A DNA stretch of 64,000 nt from assembly GCA_964187785.1 (NCBI GenBank), contig OZ076409.1, positions 52,516,001 to 52,580,000 on the forward strand. Reading direction: 5' to 3'. Positions 1 through 14,170 of this stretch are shown here, in pieces (within the stretch, counting starts at the first letter, position 1; every line of letters begins with the position of its first letter). The translations under genes were made by a program, and so were the position numbers. A model generated the notes under the pieces. The model made no database searches and had not been told where the DNA came from. It worked only from the letters and a program-made list of their open reading frames with translations. The stretch comes from Amphiscolops sp. MND2022 (lineage: Eukaryota).

Positions 1-379
1 AACTTGTATTAGAGTAGTTTTCCGTTTGAACAAAACATTTTTCACACATTTTGACTATAATTATGTTCGTATTAAGTGTTTATTGATGGCTCAAAACAGG
101 AAGCTGTTGATTTCTTCATCAAAAATGCGTGACTACATATTGAAAAAGTGTGAACAAAGTTTGTATCTGAATCCTAAACTATCACCCTGAGAATAAATTT
201 AAAATTGAAGCTTTATGGTTTGTATTCAAGTCTGTTTGTTATAAGATTTTCACTAATTTTCCAAAAAAAAATTTTGTGGTGGGGGGAAAACAGAAAAGAG
301 CCTCTTCTGACACTTAAGAGTCTATCTGTAGATAGTAGTCAATGGCTTTTTTCTGTTTATCTCCGACCAACATAATTTT

Positions 380-3300
380 CAAAAGGAAAACTTACAAGAC
401 GACCGCTGAGCAGCGAGGTATTTTCCGCCCCAAACTGTTCTACAAATACATAAATTTCAGGCTCAAAAATAGCCAGAGCACTATGAAAACGCAAAGAAGT
501 TCGAAGAAAAGAGCTTTGATTCATCTTTTAGTATTTCTGCGACAGCTGGCAACTTTTCGTTTATACAGCACTATGCGATATACCGAGAAAAGAGAAAATT
601 TTCAAAGAATTTTTTTGAAATAAATATTCGAAAACCATTATTTGCAATGCTTAGTTTCTGAGGTTTTCTGTAAAGGAAACAAGTTTCTCGAGTCTTGAAG
701 GTGGCTTTTTCGTTACTTTTCATCACAAGGAACTGACGAGGTTTTTCATAGATCGTGGAAATTACCTCATTTCAGGTTTTTCGGGTCTGTGCGTCTTTCC
801 GAAACTTTCATTCGGTCAAAGAGTACCCCCCATGCTTTCATAGCTGATTTCTTCTTCAGAAAAGTAGTTTTGCGAGCTGAAACTTGCTTCGCCATCATAG
901 AACTTCACCGGAATAAATGGGGTTTTTGTGATGCCTGTTGGGAAAAAGTAGTCTCAGGTGTATTCCTTGAGGTCATTTTTGGCACTCAGAAAATGGTAAA
1001 CGCTTGAGACTAGATGCTTTGCGAACTTAGGAATGTTGAGCAATCGCGGTTTATAATATTGCACATAGGTTCACCAGAAGTGTCAAAAATTAGAAATCGT
1101 TTTGACAAATTTGGGGTCAATTTGAGGAATTTTTCTAACATGAATCTACAGATGTCTCATCAAAAATAAGCCCACTGGACACCGAGTTTGGTAGTTGTTG
1201 AATGTTTACACCATTCAAACCCACGAAGTAGCTCGAAACATTTTCCTTTGGAATGTGTACTCCATATCTAATGATTTTGCTTGGTTTTTGAATATTAAAT
1301 ATTGGACAAATGAGGTCGAAATTCCTTTTTCACGAGTAAAGTTTCTGACGTTGTGCATAAAAACTTGCCAGATATCTTTTCAAAACACTACCGCTAGCTA
1401 CAAGTCTCAATCCTGAGCCTAAGGTATTTCTGATTGAGGTAAATTTCGCAAAGGGTCTAAAATTGGGACTATGTTGTCGAAAATGAAGACAGTTTGAGTT
1501 TTTGAGGCCAATTCCAACAAAAAATGCAGTTATACTTTCAAAATTGCCTACTGGAGATGCCCGCATTAGTCCTTGTTGAGTTTTTCAAACCATATTATGC
1601 AAGGAAGTAGCTCAAAAATTGTACAAATACGGCCTAAAACGGTTTAAAAAACATGAAAACTCTCAGATTTTCCATTATTTGGGCCATTCGGAGCAAACTT
1701 TCGACCATAATTTAGGCAAGTTCTTTGAAAACGTGCTTCGGACCTCGTTTTATTGTCTGGAGCTTTTCGAAGCTTTCATTTTACCTGAATTTTCCAATCT
1801 CAAAAAAGTTTCACTGAAAATGTCAGAAATCGTCAAAAATTTTGATCCTTTCAACTTTATGCGGTTAATTTTGTGCTATTTTCCAACCGAAGGCTGCAAT
1901 CGATCCTTCAAAATGCCACTAGATTATCAGTTCAGTCTTTGTTGAACGTTTGCCGATATTCTGACTCCAAAATGTTTCAAAAAGTACACAAGTTGCGCAT
2001 AAACGAAGTTATTTCAAAACTATCACTTTTCTAAGCATAATGGAGAACAGTTTCGTTCCTTGTTGACCATTTTCAACGTCCCAACTGACCACGTTTGTCG
2101 AAAATGAAACAAAATGCATAAAAAAACTGAAATTTGGAAAATTTTGGGATTTTTGTACCTTCGGTGTCAATTTGAGACAATTCCATCCAGAGCATTGCAA
2201 TTATCTCTTCAAAAGGAGTACTGGACAACCAACCTTTTCAGCGTTGACACATTAAAACATTCGAAGTTACGAAGTCTGTCGAACCTTTAACAAAAAATGC
2301 ATAAAAACTTTGAAAACTGGAAAAATATTTTCTTTTTTGATGTCATTTTAGGACATTTTCATCTCGAAAACTGCAGTAACTTCTTTGGAAAAGCCTACTG
2401 GACAACACATTCTTTCTTTTTTGACCCTTTTCAACGTTCAATTGACGAAGTTTGCAGAAAATTTGAAAAAAAATGCAAACAATTTTTGAAAATTGGAAAA
2501 TTTTGTAATTTTTGTCTTTGTCGGTGTCAATATGAGCCATTTTCATTCCGAACAATGCAAGAATTATCTCTTTAAAAAAGACAATATGACAACCAACCCT
2601 TTCTTTGTTGACCCTTCAAAACTTTCCAATCCACGAAGTCTGTTGAAACTTTAACAAAAAAGGCATACAAACATTGAAAATTGGAAAATTTGGGGTTTTT
2701 TGACATTTTCGGTGTCATTTTGAGACATTTTCACATAGAAAACTGCAATAAACTCTTCGGAAAAGCCTACTGGAAGACACATTTTCTCCTTGTTGACCCT
2801 TTTAACGTTCCGTTCCACATAGTCTGTCGGAAGTTTGGAAAAAAACCTTCTAATCTACTAAGTCTTCCATAAATTTGACGGAAATGTGTAAAATTCTGAA
2901 AAATGAACAACATATTCTTTCCTTGTTGACCCTTTTCAACGTTTGATTTCACAATGTTCGTCGAAAGTTTGGAAAAATTGCATAAAATCCTTGAAAATTG
3001 GAAAATTTTGGGATCTCTGTCATTTTCGGTGTCACTTTGAGACACTTTCACTTAGAAAATTGCAATGAACTCTTCTGAAAAGCCTACTGGAAAACATATT
3101 CTCTCCTTGTTGACCCTTTTCAACGTTCCGTTCCACATAGTCTGTCGGAAGTTTGGAAAAAAAACCTTCTAATCCACGAAGTCTTTCATAAATATGACGG
3201 AAATGTGTAAAATTCTGAAAAATGAACAACATATTCTTTCCTTGTTGACCCTTTTCAACGTTTGATTTCACATTGTCCGTCGAAAGTTTGGAAAAATTGC

Positions 3301-3950
3301 ATAAAAACCTTGGAAATTAGAAAATTTTGGGATTTTCATCATTTTCGGTGCCAATTTGTGATTTTTTTGTTCGGAAAACAGCTATTTTCTCTTCGGGAAA
3401 GGCTACTGGACAACGAGTTAGTGTTATGTTGAGCGTTTTCAACATTCTAATGCACGACGTCTTTCAAAAATTTGACAAAAAATTGCATAAAAAGGTTAAA
3501 AATTGGGAAATTTTAAAGTTTTTGTCAGTTTCAGTTTTTTTCTTTCCAAAAAAACTGCATATCTCTTTATAAAGGACTACTGGACAACGAATTTTTGTCT
3601 CGTTGAACCTTTTCTTTCTATTTCACGACATAAATCGAAAAGTGAAAAAAATTGCATTGAAACGAAAAAAAATAGAAATTTTTGGAAATTTTCTCATTTA
3701 TGGGGTCATTTTTGGGTCATTCTGGGCTCCTTGGGGCCAATTAAAAATGTCCAGAAATCACTACAAATACAAATCGCACGAAGCTAAATTTATGTTAGTT
3801 GAATTTTTTGGGTAACACCATTAAAGTTAAATATAAATTTGGTGCTTGGAAAACTCTGTAAAAAAACCGTTTGATTTAAATATTTTCCCTTCCCAAATGA
3901 AATATGGGTTGAAAATAAAAAAACTGACTTCAAAAAGAGGAAATCGTTTT
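380..3950 (+). repeat. Long dispersed repeat containing a degenerate tandem satellite (about 2000-3700)
   Basis: Recurring AAAAGCCTACTGG...TTGTTGACCCTTTTCAACGTT units; near-exact ~319-bp duplication (2750-3040 vs 3070-3350). An inverted homolog lies at about 47150-50400. Confidence 0.7.
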
Positions 3951-4164
3951 TTGTAACAGGAATTTGTTTCTATTGTTCACACCAAAGATTTTTTTGTTTG
4001 ATCATTACGACGCATGACCCTACTATTTTTGAAAAGAGCGGAATCGACTGCTAACCGCATGTAGGACCTACAGGACCTGAAATCCGCTGTTTCAAATTAC
4101 GGATTTAAAAGACATGCTTCATAACACGTGCAGCGGATTCCGCTTGCATTTTTATTCGAAAATT

Positions 4165-4620
4165 TTATTTAAGGAAAAATGCCCGACTGTAGCAGTGAAG
4201 TTTTTTTCTTCAGACTACAATCCTCACACTGATCGGTCGACTTTTTAGAAACAATCCTGGAACCACCTAAGGCCAAGTCTGACCAAGGTAAACTTAGGCC
4301 AAAGGGTCCCCCTTTCAATTTTTACTTTTATAAGGAAACCTACAAAACCGGACGTGCCTAAAGGGTCCCTTTGGATTTTTTCGACACTGTGCGATTTTTT
4401 TCGAAATTTTTTAAATGTCCCCAAGAGGTCCCCCTTTGAGTTTTTGATGTTTTGCAACAGAATGTATTTTAATAAAGCCAAATGGTCCTCCTTTTACATT
4501 TTTCGGCACTATGCGACATTTTTCGAAAAAAATTCAAAAATTTCAAGTTTTTTTCCAGAAAATGTTTTGCGCTTTTTGAGCCTTAGATATAGCGCCGACT
4601 TTAGACGTTCTCGTCATGTT
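4165..4620 (+). mobile_element. Helentron/HINE-like copy (5' end degenerate)
   Basis: Shared 3' end GAGCCTTAGATATAGCGCCGACTT plus hairpin, and AAGGGTCCCC repeats. Confidence 0.6.
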
Positions 4621-5795
4621 TTCTGGGTTCCGGGGACAAATCTCTTTACATTAAATTTTTAGTGGATACCAGAGGCAAATCTTATTATATTAGACAGCAG
4701 CGGATTCCGCTGTCGCTGTACCGATGCTCAAACTAACCGTTTGTTGTCACTCAAAAAATGAAGCTATTGATGTCCAAACAATGCGCGACTACGGAGAAAA
4801 CAGAAAAGAGCCGTCACAAAATATTTCGCTATCATTCACCTTTCGGTTAGGACCAAAATAACATCAATATAGTCGAAAACGTCATTAATTGTTCATTTTT
4901 AAAGCTTTTTATGTCATTTTTATGCGCTCCAAAAACAATTCAAAAAGTTCTAAGACGAAATTATCAGCTATCTAAGATGCTTTTTCGAAAAGAAATCTTA
5001 AAAAAATATGTCGAAAAAGTAGCTATCCCATACGCGGTTACGAAGATCAATTCGGTTTTTTTTAAATACAAAACTAGTGATGGGTATTAGTAGTCACAGC
5101 GGTCGAAGGCACAATAATTGCCTTGGATATAACGTCAAAAATTCAGACAGTATTGAGAAAAATTCGTGGATATATTTTGAGAAAACCTAATATCGAACGG
5201 AGAATGAGATTTTTGAACAGTCTCATAGTTCCGAAAAATGTAAAAGGGGGACTCTATGAGATTTTTTAACATCCAAATTGTTGGAAAGTTTAAAAAAATG
5301 GAAGGGGACTTTTTGTAGACATTGAATACAATGAAACAGTTAATTTGGTCTACTTAAAAATCAAAACTGTGAAGTAGTATTTATTCAATTTTAAATCATT
5401 AAATTGATAATGTAGGAATGATAACAGTAACAGTTTTAAAAAAATAGTCCTGAAAATGTTTCTGAAATGGGGGTATGAAAAGAACTAAAAGCCATACAGA
5501 AGTTATTGAATCTATACAATGCCGTACTAAATTAATTGTGATTATTATTGCTATTATTGCAATCATGACGGGATGATGATGAGATGGGACTAAGATTCTT
5601 ATTTCGAAACGTTTCTGATGTGGGTTCTGAATTCAGAAATGCCCCCTCGGCAGAAAGGATAATTTCCAATTTTCTTCTTGTAGGTTCATCTGTAGATTTA
5701 TTTTCATTGCATACATATGCAAAAGTATTGGAATACATATTGGATCATTCTTTTTGACGATGGAAATAATTGATCAGCGGAAGCTTATTTTCCAG

Positions 5796-7384
5796 GCACT
5801 GCCTCCTCTCTTGAATCTGAAACAAATCTGCCAATGTCCTCATTTGAAGTTGCAGATAACATTGATTTGGAGACAATTCTACAAGAGTTCGAATCTTATT
5901 ATTACGTGAAGTTTCAGAGAAACCCGAGAATAATTCGGAAAAAAGGAGGTGATTCGAACGAAGATAGCAAAAAAGTTACCAGGAAGCAGACACAAAAGCG
6001 CTCACTTGGAAATAATCAGACACCACTGCCAAAAATTGACAGGCCCCCATCTTCAGGATATTCTCCTCCAGGGGCCAATTCACAGAATGGGCATCATGGC
6101 AACAACAAGTCGGTTCCAGGGTCCGGATCAGTTAAACGGAGTCCTCAACCTAAGGAAGATTCCACAAATGTTAGTGTCAGCAACGGACATCCAGAGAATG
6201 GAGCCGTTGATTTGAGCGTGTCAGGAGTGAACACTGCAAAGCCTAACCAGACGTGCCGGCAAAAAGCCGGACAAATTATTGATTACAGACATTTGTTGAA
6301 AGATGCCATATATGGCGATGGACAATCTGAAAACCCGAATCCTGCAGTCAATAAAAACAGCTTTCTTTCGGATGTCATGACAAAAAAATCAACTACAGAT
6401 TATGATGACAAGTTTTTGAAACCGGTAGGTGCTCTTGCTGGATATAACTCAGAGATGCGAGAACTAGCAGTTTCAATAAGCAAAGATATATATCTGCATA
6501 GTCCAGACGTCAAATTTGATGACATCATCGGCTTAGATAATGCAAAACGACTCGTCAAGGAGTCAGTTGTTTACCCCATCAAGTATCCAGAACTTTTCCA
6601 GGGTATTCTTTCACCCTGGAAAGGACTTCTGCTCTACGGGCCTCCAGGCACGGGGAAAACATTGTTGGCCAAAGCGGTAGCAACAGAGTGCAATACAACT
6701 TTTTTCAACATTTCAGCGTCCAGTATTGTTAGTAAGTGGAGAGGAGATTCTGAAAAACTAGTGCGAGTGCTTTTTGACTTAGCTCGATTTCATGCTCCGA
6801 GCACTATTTTTGTCGATGAATTGGAAAGCCTCATAAGTCAACGCGGCGAAGGATTCGGAACTGAACATGAAGGAAGTCGACGTATGAAAACAGAACTTCT
6901 CGTCCAGATGGATGGTCTGGCAAAATCCGAAGACTTGGTTTTCCTTCTGGCTGCCTCAAACTTGCCCTGGATGTTAGATCACGCAATGTTGCGACGTCTG
7001 GAAAAGCGAATATTGGTGGACTTGCCAAATATGGGTGCTAGACAGTCAATGTACCAAAAGTTTTTACCTCCCGTTTTGAATGAAAATACAAGTGACAGTC
7101 TCAAAATGAAGACAGAACTGGATTATGATAAATTGGCCAGTCAGTCTGAGGGTTACTCAGGAGCCGATATCCGACTTGTGTGCAAAGAAGCGGCTATGAA
7201 TAAAGTCAGAGATGTTTTTGACATTTTGGAAAAATGTGAATCAGCCAAAGACTTGCCTAAAAGTTTGAACTTGGGTCAAATTACAACAGATGATGTGCTG
7301 ATTGCGCTGGAGAAAACTAAGCCATCGGCAAAGGGCTTGAAAAACAAATACGACGCCTGGCAAACGCAATATGAGTCTATTTGA
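5796..7384 (+). CDS. KATNAL2: Katanin p60 ATPase-containing subunit A-like 2 (microtubule-severing AAA ATPase), large terminal exon; upstream exon(s) not located
   Basis: ORF 5834-7384 has Walker A GPPGTGKT, pore loop SKWRGDSEK, Walker B IFVDE, and SRH ASNLPW...RRLEKR. The N-terminal FEVADNIDLETILQEFESYYYVKF segment is characteristic of KATNAL2. The frame stays open upstream to a ttttccAG acceptor at 5794-5795 (TASSLESETNLP), so the ATG at 5834 is probably internal. Confidence 0.9.
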
Positions 7385-7891
7385 AGTTTATTTTTCTGAT
7401 TATCATTAACTGTTTCCGCTTGTGGAATTTAATTCATCCGTTTTGCTTTATAAAAAACATTGACGAATTTCCTCGTTTTAAGATGATACTCCTGAAATTC
7501 ACAGCTATTACAAGAATTTCAAAATTTTTCAGTATCGAACTTAGCTAGAAATTGAGAGTTTGTAAATATCTGTAACTTCTGACTCTTTGTGACATTAGGA
7601 GTTTGTCGGAGTGTGAAAACATTTTATACAGTTCTCACGTCCTTTAAAACAAGAAAGCTTTTCATGATCCCAAAAAGTTTCTGGCAATTGATAAATTCTT
7701 TTGCATTATTTTGCTCTAGAGCTGTTTCTGTAACTTTTGCTCTGACTTTGTTTGTCTTAAACGAAAACAGTGAATGCAATTAGCATGGTATGATTCGATT
7801 TGAAAGAAGAAACACATCGAGATTGGCATTAATTAGATTTGGAATCCCAACTCCTGTATGATTAGAGGAAAAAATGAGAAAATATTATTTT

Positions 7892-8329
7892 TAGTCGGCG
7901 CTTTTCGTAGAAAAACGCAGACTATAGTAGTGACTTTTCTTTTTTCAAGACCAATCAAGTGACAGATTTTATATGCTTTATAAGCTGGCTTCCACTAACT
8001 ACAACACTAACGTAGCTTCTTCTGCTTCTGATGTTGAGGATTTTTTGAGGTCTGCCAAGCAGAAGGACGTGGGTTAGAGTCTTGCCTTTGGCCAAAAATT
8101 TCATTGTGCAGGTTATTTCGGCTTTGTGAGACTTTTTTTCGCAAATTTTTTAAATGTCTTCAAAGGGTCCCCCTTCAATTTTTTTCTTATTTTGCAAAAG
8201 AGTGATTAGGATTTTTCCCAATTTTTTCCTCATGCGGGTACTGTAGAAGAGAAAACTTGATACTTTGAAGTCCTTTTGCTATTTTTGAGCCTTAGATATG
8301 GCGCCGACTCGGGCCGTTCCCGGCTTGTT
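7892..8329 (+). mobile_element. Helentron/HINE-like non-autonomous element copy
   Basis: 5' TAGTCGGCGC, subterminal inverted GCGCCGACT, 3' hairpin GCCG-ttcc-CGGC, then TTGTT. Internal AAGGGTCCCC repeats. Confidence 0.65.
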
Positions 8330-9624
8330 ACGTTATATCCAGAGTATTATGTCATTAGAACTACCGTCTAATTTATCTTTCATTCGGCCAAAACTTCACT
8401 GATTGATTTTGGAACATGAGGTGCGATATTTTTCGTATTCTGTTTTAAGAGGTCTTTGGGAAAAATTCAATACTTATGAAACTCAATTTCATGAAAACGA
8501 AAATACAACGGAACAGTCCTAACAAATGCGTCTGATGGTCTGAAAACCAGCTCACGCATATCGTTTTATTCTTTACAAGACAAAACCTAATTCGAAGAAG
8601 TTATCACCTCGTACAAACCGCATCCTTGTCGTTTTCGTGCAAAAACCGCATCCTTCCTGCAAAAACGTTTTCCTCAATAGAAAACCCAAAAAACCCAAAA
8701 AAGTAGTTTTTTGGGAAAAATTCAATTCGAAAGCATTTCCATAGATGAGATTTTCTCTTGTAAGTCACGCACCTTTCACAGTGCCAAAAAATCAAGATGG
8801 GCCTTTTGCTGCGGCAGTTGCCTCGCTAGAATTGAAGCCGGTAGTTGGCTTAAAAAAACTTCAATATCAAGTCGCACAATGAAAAATTTTTGTCTAGAGG
8901 GGGATTCGAACCCACGTACATACAAAACAACTCACTCACCACCTACAGAAACTCACAAAAAGCAGGGTCAATTGGCAACTGGGAAGTAAATTCCAGTTAT
9001 CCACCTGCGGTTTTAGTAGCCATTGGCAAAGGCTTGGAGAAAAAATTATTTGAGAACATTCATGTGCTAAGTTCTTTGAACCTTGAGCGGGACACTGACT
9101 TGGACCGTTACCGGCTTGTTTCTCTTCATTATGTTCAAATCTCATCAATTAGACTTTTAGATCCACAGACAAGAAAAACCACGACAATTAGTTCCGGATC
9201 ATCTTCTGAGAAATTGAAATACACAGGATGAGGAATTTCTCCTCAAAGCAAAATCCAATTTCTCTTTTTGAATCACTGATAACAACACTCAACCATTACC
9301 ACCAAAACCAAATGACCGCTATATAACTATTCACTATATAACTGTTAAAAGAGGATACAACTTCAATCCAAATGCCTGACTGTTCGAATGGCATCTTGAA
9401 AGCACATAATAGGCGAAATCAGCATCCTACGACTGTTTTCTACCATACCAAAACCAGCATCTACAACAAAACCATGTCTGCGGCTCTTTTGTCTTCGGTA
9501 TAGAGCGTTAACGCTTAAAATTACGTCTACGTTCCAATGACGTTCGTTTTTGTCTTTACTCAAAAAATTTTAATCAGCCATATTGGCATCCAGCATGGCC
9601 GATGTTTTCGTTAGCATGAGTTTT

Positions 9625-10110
9625 TAGTCGGCGCTTTTCTAGTGAAAAGTGTCCGACTCTTACAGTGGCTAGTTTTTTTTCGTCAGACTACAATCTCACT
9701 CTGATTGGGCCACTTTTCTCACAATCGAAACTACTAAAACTGCTACCATAAGGCCAAGTCCGGTCAGCGGAAATTAGTGCAAAAGGGTCCCCCCTTTCAT
9801 TTTTTTTACTTTTTTAACGTAGCCTACAAAACCGGACGAGACTAAAGGGTCCCCCCTTTTGATTTTTTTTCGGCATTGTGCGACTTTTTTCGAAAATTTT
9901 TTAATGTCTCAAAAGAGTCCCCCTTTCGAGTTTTTCGATATATTGCAACAGAATATATGTTAATAAAGCCCAAAGGGTCCCCCCTTTTACATTTTTTGGC
10001 GCTATGGGACATTTTCTGAAAGTCTTTTTTCTGAAAGTCTTCAAAAAAAGTCTTTTGCGCTTTTTGATCCTTAGATATAGCGCCGACTTTAGACATTCCC
10101 GTCTTTTTGT
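9625..10110 (+). mobile_element. Helentron/HINE-like copy
   Basis: TAGTCGGCGC...GCGCCGACTT termini and internal tandem AAGGGTCCCCC units. Confidence 0.65.
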
Positions 10111-10949
10111 AATTAAATTGAGAGCGAACGTTCCCAATTTCTGTTGATTTTTCGTTTTTATTCACGTTCTAGATATTTTACGACGATTGCTCAATGACCT
10201 TCGTTACCATGGTCATATACGCTTCAAATGTGCGAGAACACGATAGAATCGTTTATTTATTCCAAAAGTTACACTATAAACTATACGTTTTAGTTATTTT
10301 TCAGGAAAGAACAAAAAGAATTTTTCAGCTCGTCGAGCTTTTGCCCATGAGAACTAATTTGCTGTGATCATTAACCGTCGTTTTTTATTTCTTAATACCT
10401 TTACAGGTTTTGTGGATTAGAAAAAGAGTTCAAATAGTTCCTTGTATTCGATTACGTAGACTTCATTCATGTTTTTAACAATTTTTTTGACGTGCTCCGA
10501 AGTAAACTTCCTCAGTTCCGTAGGAATTCAATTGAGTAAACTTAGCCAGTTGTGACGTTTTCCTGGGTACATTTGCTAAACTTCGATGTTTCAGAACCAG
10601 TCTGTTATATGTAGAAGGTAGCACACCTTTTTGTTTTTTTTTCTAGTGTTATAGCCATGACCAGCTAAGCTTGTATCAAGGTATACCCTGGGTGACTCGA
10701 GTCGAATATGTTTGAAAACATTTTTCACCATTTCGACGATGAATATTCCGTAGACATTGAAAAAATTATGTTTCGTGTAATCGTCTTGTAAAGTGTCCCA
10801 TTGTCACCGGTAAAAAACTGCCCAGAAATTTATTCGCTGAGCTTTATCAATAGGTCGTTTTGTAGGTAGATCCATAGTTGATGAGACCTTACGTGATTAC
10901 TGATTGAGAATCAGCGTAATAAAAAAATAAAACCTTTTTGCGGGAAATA

Positions 10950-11420
10950 GTCATGGGTTCTATATACTAGTCGACAAAAATTTATTAAGTTTTTTGTTAC
11001 GTGCTCTATGTGTTTTTCAAAAGTGAGTTTAGCGTCCAGATAAACACCTAAGTATTTGCAATGAGTGTGTCAACGAATTTCTGCACCAAACGCCTCGAAT
11101 GGGAAAAGTTCACCAGTTCCAAAGCTTAATGATACACATTTGGCGGTCTTAATTGTCAATTTATTGTCTTTGAACTAGCTTCTCGCTGTCTTAACATCGT
11201 TGCAAGTTTCGTCCTTTACTTCAGGTCCGAAGTTGTACAGGGACGTATCGTCAGCAAACGGTGCAATTCGACGTTCTGGGATAAAGTCGTTAAATCATTG
11301 ATGTACAGTAAGAAAAGAAAAGGGCCTAGAATAAACCCCTGCGGCGCTCTGGTTGTTACTGCTGTTACTGTTACAATCCAGTCGAAAACTTTTACATGCA
11401 TTGAAATGCCCAACTTTCAG
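10950..11420 (-). pseudogene. Non-LTR retrotransposon (CR1/L2-like) reverse transcriptase fragment
   Basis: APQGFILGPFLFLLYINDL is the LINE RT PQG...LGP.LF..YINDL motif; a KYLGVY remnant lies near 11050. Confidence 0.75.
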
Positions 11421-12173
11421 CAGCACTTCCGGGTCGATTTGCATGTTCTAACAATACATGATCCCATGTAATCGAAATCCATTTAGCACCAGAGGTCTCT
11501 GATTGTGCAAAATTCGCTCTCTCTCGTTTACGTTGTCTATTCCGACTAGACTGCTTTTCTCAGCCATTGATGTTGTGTTTCTAATGAGGGCGACTTACCC
11601 TACTACTGGTGGTTTTTTCCTTGTCAGCGGAGAGACGAAGTCGATCGCTCCGAGTCAAAAGTATCTTAGAAATAATTATGCCAACTTTCAGCACACGATC
11701 AAAAGCTTTTTTAGGAAAAAGGGAGTCAGCCTTGTTCTTGCACGATCTGTTCTGTGGCGATAATGGGAAGTCAACTATAAAATGAGATTTTGTAAAGGAT
11801 CTTCTTTCTTAAAGGTTGCCCTTCAAGATATACGTATTCAGGTTGACCCTTTTTCTAGCAACTGCAGTTGTGTCAGCGTACCTATTATGCCGCAGCTGTT
11901 CGCGCAACCAACCAAGTTATCACGTTCTGAAATCCAATACTTTGTGTTGTTGTCATATACCCAATGCTTCAAAGATTGATGGCGTAGCTGGTAATGCGAA
12001 CAATAGCACAGTCCTTGTAAACAAAATTGTTGTTTTACAAAATATTCTTTCTCTTGACACTTACGATAGGACTCTTACCAAGATTCCTATCAACAATGTC
12101 TGAAGGTTTGTGTGAATCAAAATAAACAAGATCTTATTGAAGCTTTCAACAGTAAATGGTAAAATGTAAGAAT

Positions 12174-12873
12174 CCCAGTTTTATGTTTTCGATCTTTGTG
12201 AATCTGTGCAGATCTGCAAAATTTTTTCTGCAGTGTTCTGCAAAGATCGTTGCACTGAATCTTGAAGATCCATACAGATCTTCAAGATCTTTACAGAAGT
12301 GTGCAGATTTTCTTTTAAGATTTTTGCAGAAATATGTTTTTCTGCAGCTTCTAAGGAAGAATATACTGCATTTATGGACTTCTTCAACTACTTTATCGAG
12401 TATTTTAGCTGACCTAGGGTCAGTCAGTTGAAACCCTCCATCACTCAAAATTCTCGAGAAGGAGAATTTTTCCCCATCACGGTAATTTTGATGACTGGAG
12501 AAAGTTCGGTATTGGTTATACACCGTAATTTATCCATTTCACTTGAACTTTCCTGAACAGGTTGTTGACCTTTTGGAGGCTCGTTTGTCATATTGACCGT
12601 CAATATGACCGTCAATTGACCGTCAAGTGACTTCGTTTTGGCAGATAAGATTTGACATGTGCCAACCTTCTGAGTTGGTCGATGTGTTGATAAAGTTTTG
12701 TTGTTATAATGTTTCCGCAACATAGTTTGTTGGAGTAATTTTAGTATTTGCCAGGCTGTTAACTTGGAATACGTTATAGTAATTCATTGGTCATTGTTTA
12801 GCTCTGTGAAGATCTGTAATCTCCGGAAAAATTCTGCAGATCTACACAGATTAGCAAAGATCGAGAACCTGGG
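12174..12873. mobile_element. MITE / non-autonomous DNA transposon
   Basis: ~50-bp imperfect TIRs (CCCAG...TCGATCTTTG...AATCTGTG.AGATCTGCA), AT dinucleotide on both flanks, many AGATCT/AAGAT subrepeats. Confidence 0.65.
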
Positions 12874-13715
12874 ATATGCAAAATATGGCAAGGATGTCAA
12901 CCCCTATTTTGCACTGTGTCGACACTGATTTCCGTGAGTGGGAACAACGTCTAAGGAATAACATCTGAATGCAAAGCACTTGAACGTTATTCCTGAGACA
13001 CCATTCCAATGATTAGGCTTACAGATATTATTCCAGTGATTTTCCAATTGTTTCCAGATCTTATTCCAAAGTTTTTTAAATGCTCTACAGGTTTTAATTT
13101 TTTTTTCAGAAAAATGCCAGATTTTTTTGACTTCCCTGGTTAAAACTGCTTGAACTTTTTACAAGTTTTTGTAGGTTACCCAGCTAATTTTCCATGATTT
13201 TATAAAATTCTCAAGGAAACGCACATGCATTAAAACTTCACTGTTTCCATTTAATTTTATCAAGCTGCCAATAAAGTGCATCCTAAATTTGGCGGCAATT
13301 CTGAGCCGCAAAGTATCGCGGGTTTTATTAAGACACCGTTCTAATTTTATAAGCAACTGACACCATAATCAATTTTACTGCGCTTTCAATGCAAATAAAC
13401 CTCAGTCACATTATAAGTTTCAAAGTAGCGTCGAATTCAGCGTGATATTTGACTTACGGTGATTACATAAGATACTTACTTGAGAAATCAAAGTGATCGC
13501 GGCAGTGAAGAAGTGGAATTCTCTTCAGTTTTATTTTAAATAGTGGAAGCTGCATTGTAATGCTAAAAATGCATATCTCCATGTGTGCTTTCAGTATTTT
13601 CTATGTTAATCAAAAATTCAGAATGCATGCATGGATGCAACTTCAAAAACTTTCCGGCAAGTTCAACTAGGCTTTCAAAAACGTCCTTCAGAAAAAAAAT
13701 CAAATCACAAATAAC

Positions 13716-14170
13716 AACAAGACGGGAACGTCTCAAGTCGGCGCTATATCTAAGGCTCAAAAAGCGCAAAACATTTTTTTGAAATTTTCGGAAAATGTCG
13801 CACAGTGCCGAAAAATGTAAAAGGGGGACCCTTTTTGATTTATAAACACGCATTCTGTAGCAAAATAACAAAAAACTCAAAGGGGGGACCCTTTGGGGAC
13901 ATTAAAAAATTTCGAAAAAAAGTCGCACACTGCCGAAAAAAAATCGAAACGGGGGACCCTTCAGTCCCGTCCGGGCTTGTAGGTAACGTTTAAAAAGTAA
14001 AAAACCAAAGGAGGGATCCTTTGGAATAATTTACATGCGTTTCCCTGGTATTTAGTTTCCTTTAGTTGAACGTTACCGTTCGTCGCTTCGAGTCTGTCCT
14101 AAATAAAAAAAAAGAAAAAAAACGAGTGACTGTGATAGTCGGGCTCTTTTCTTAAGGAAAGCGCCGACTA
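13716..14170 (-). mobile_element. Helentron/HINE-like copy
   Basis: Reverse-orientation copy with AGACG-ttcc-CGTCT hairpin and both sub-TIRs. Confidence 0.65.

Noticed and set aside
342..5738. Numerous short F/K-rich ORFs (also 7589-16186 and 47075-51251)
   Set aside because: Translations of AT-rich repeats and satellites with no domain signal.
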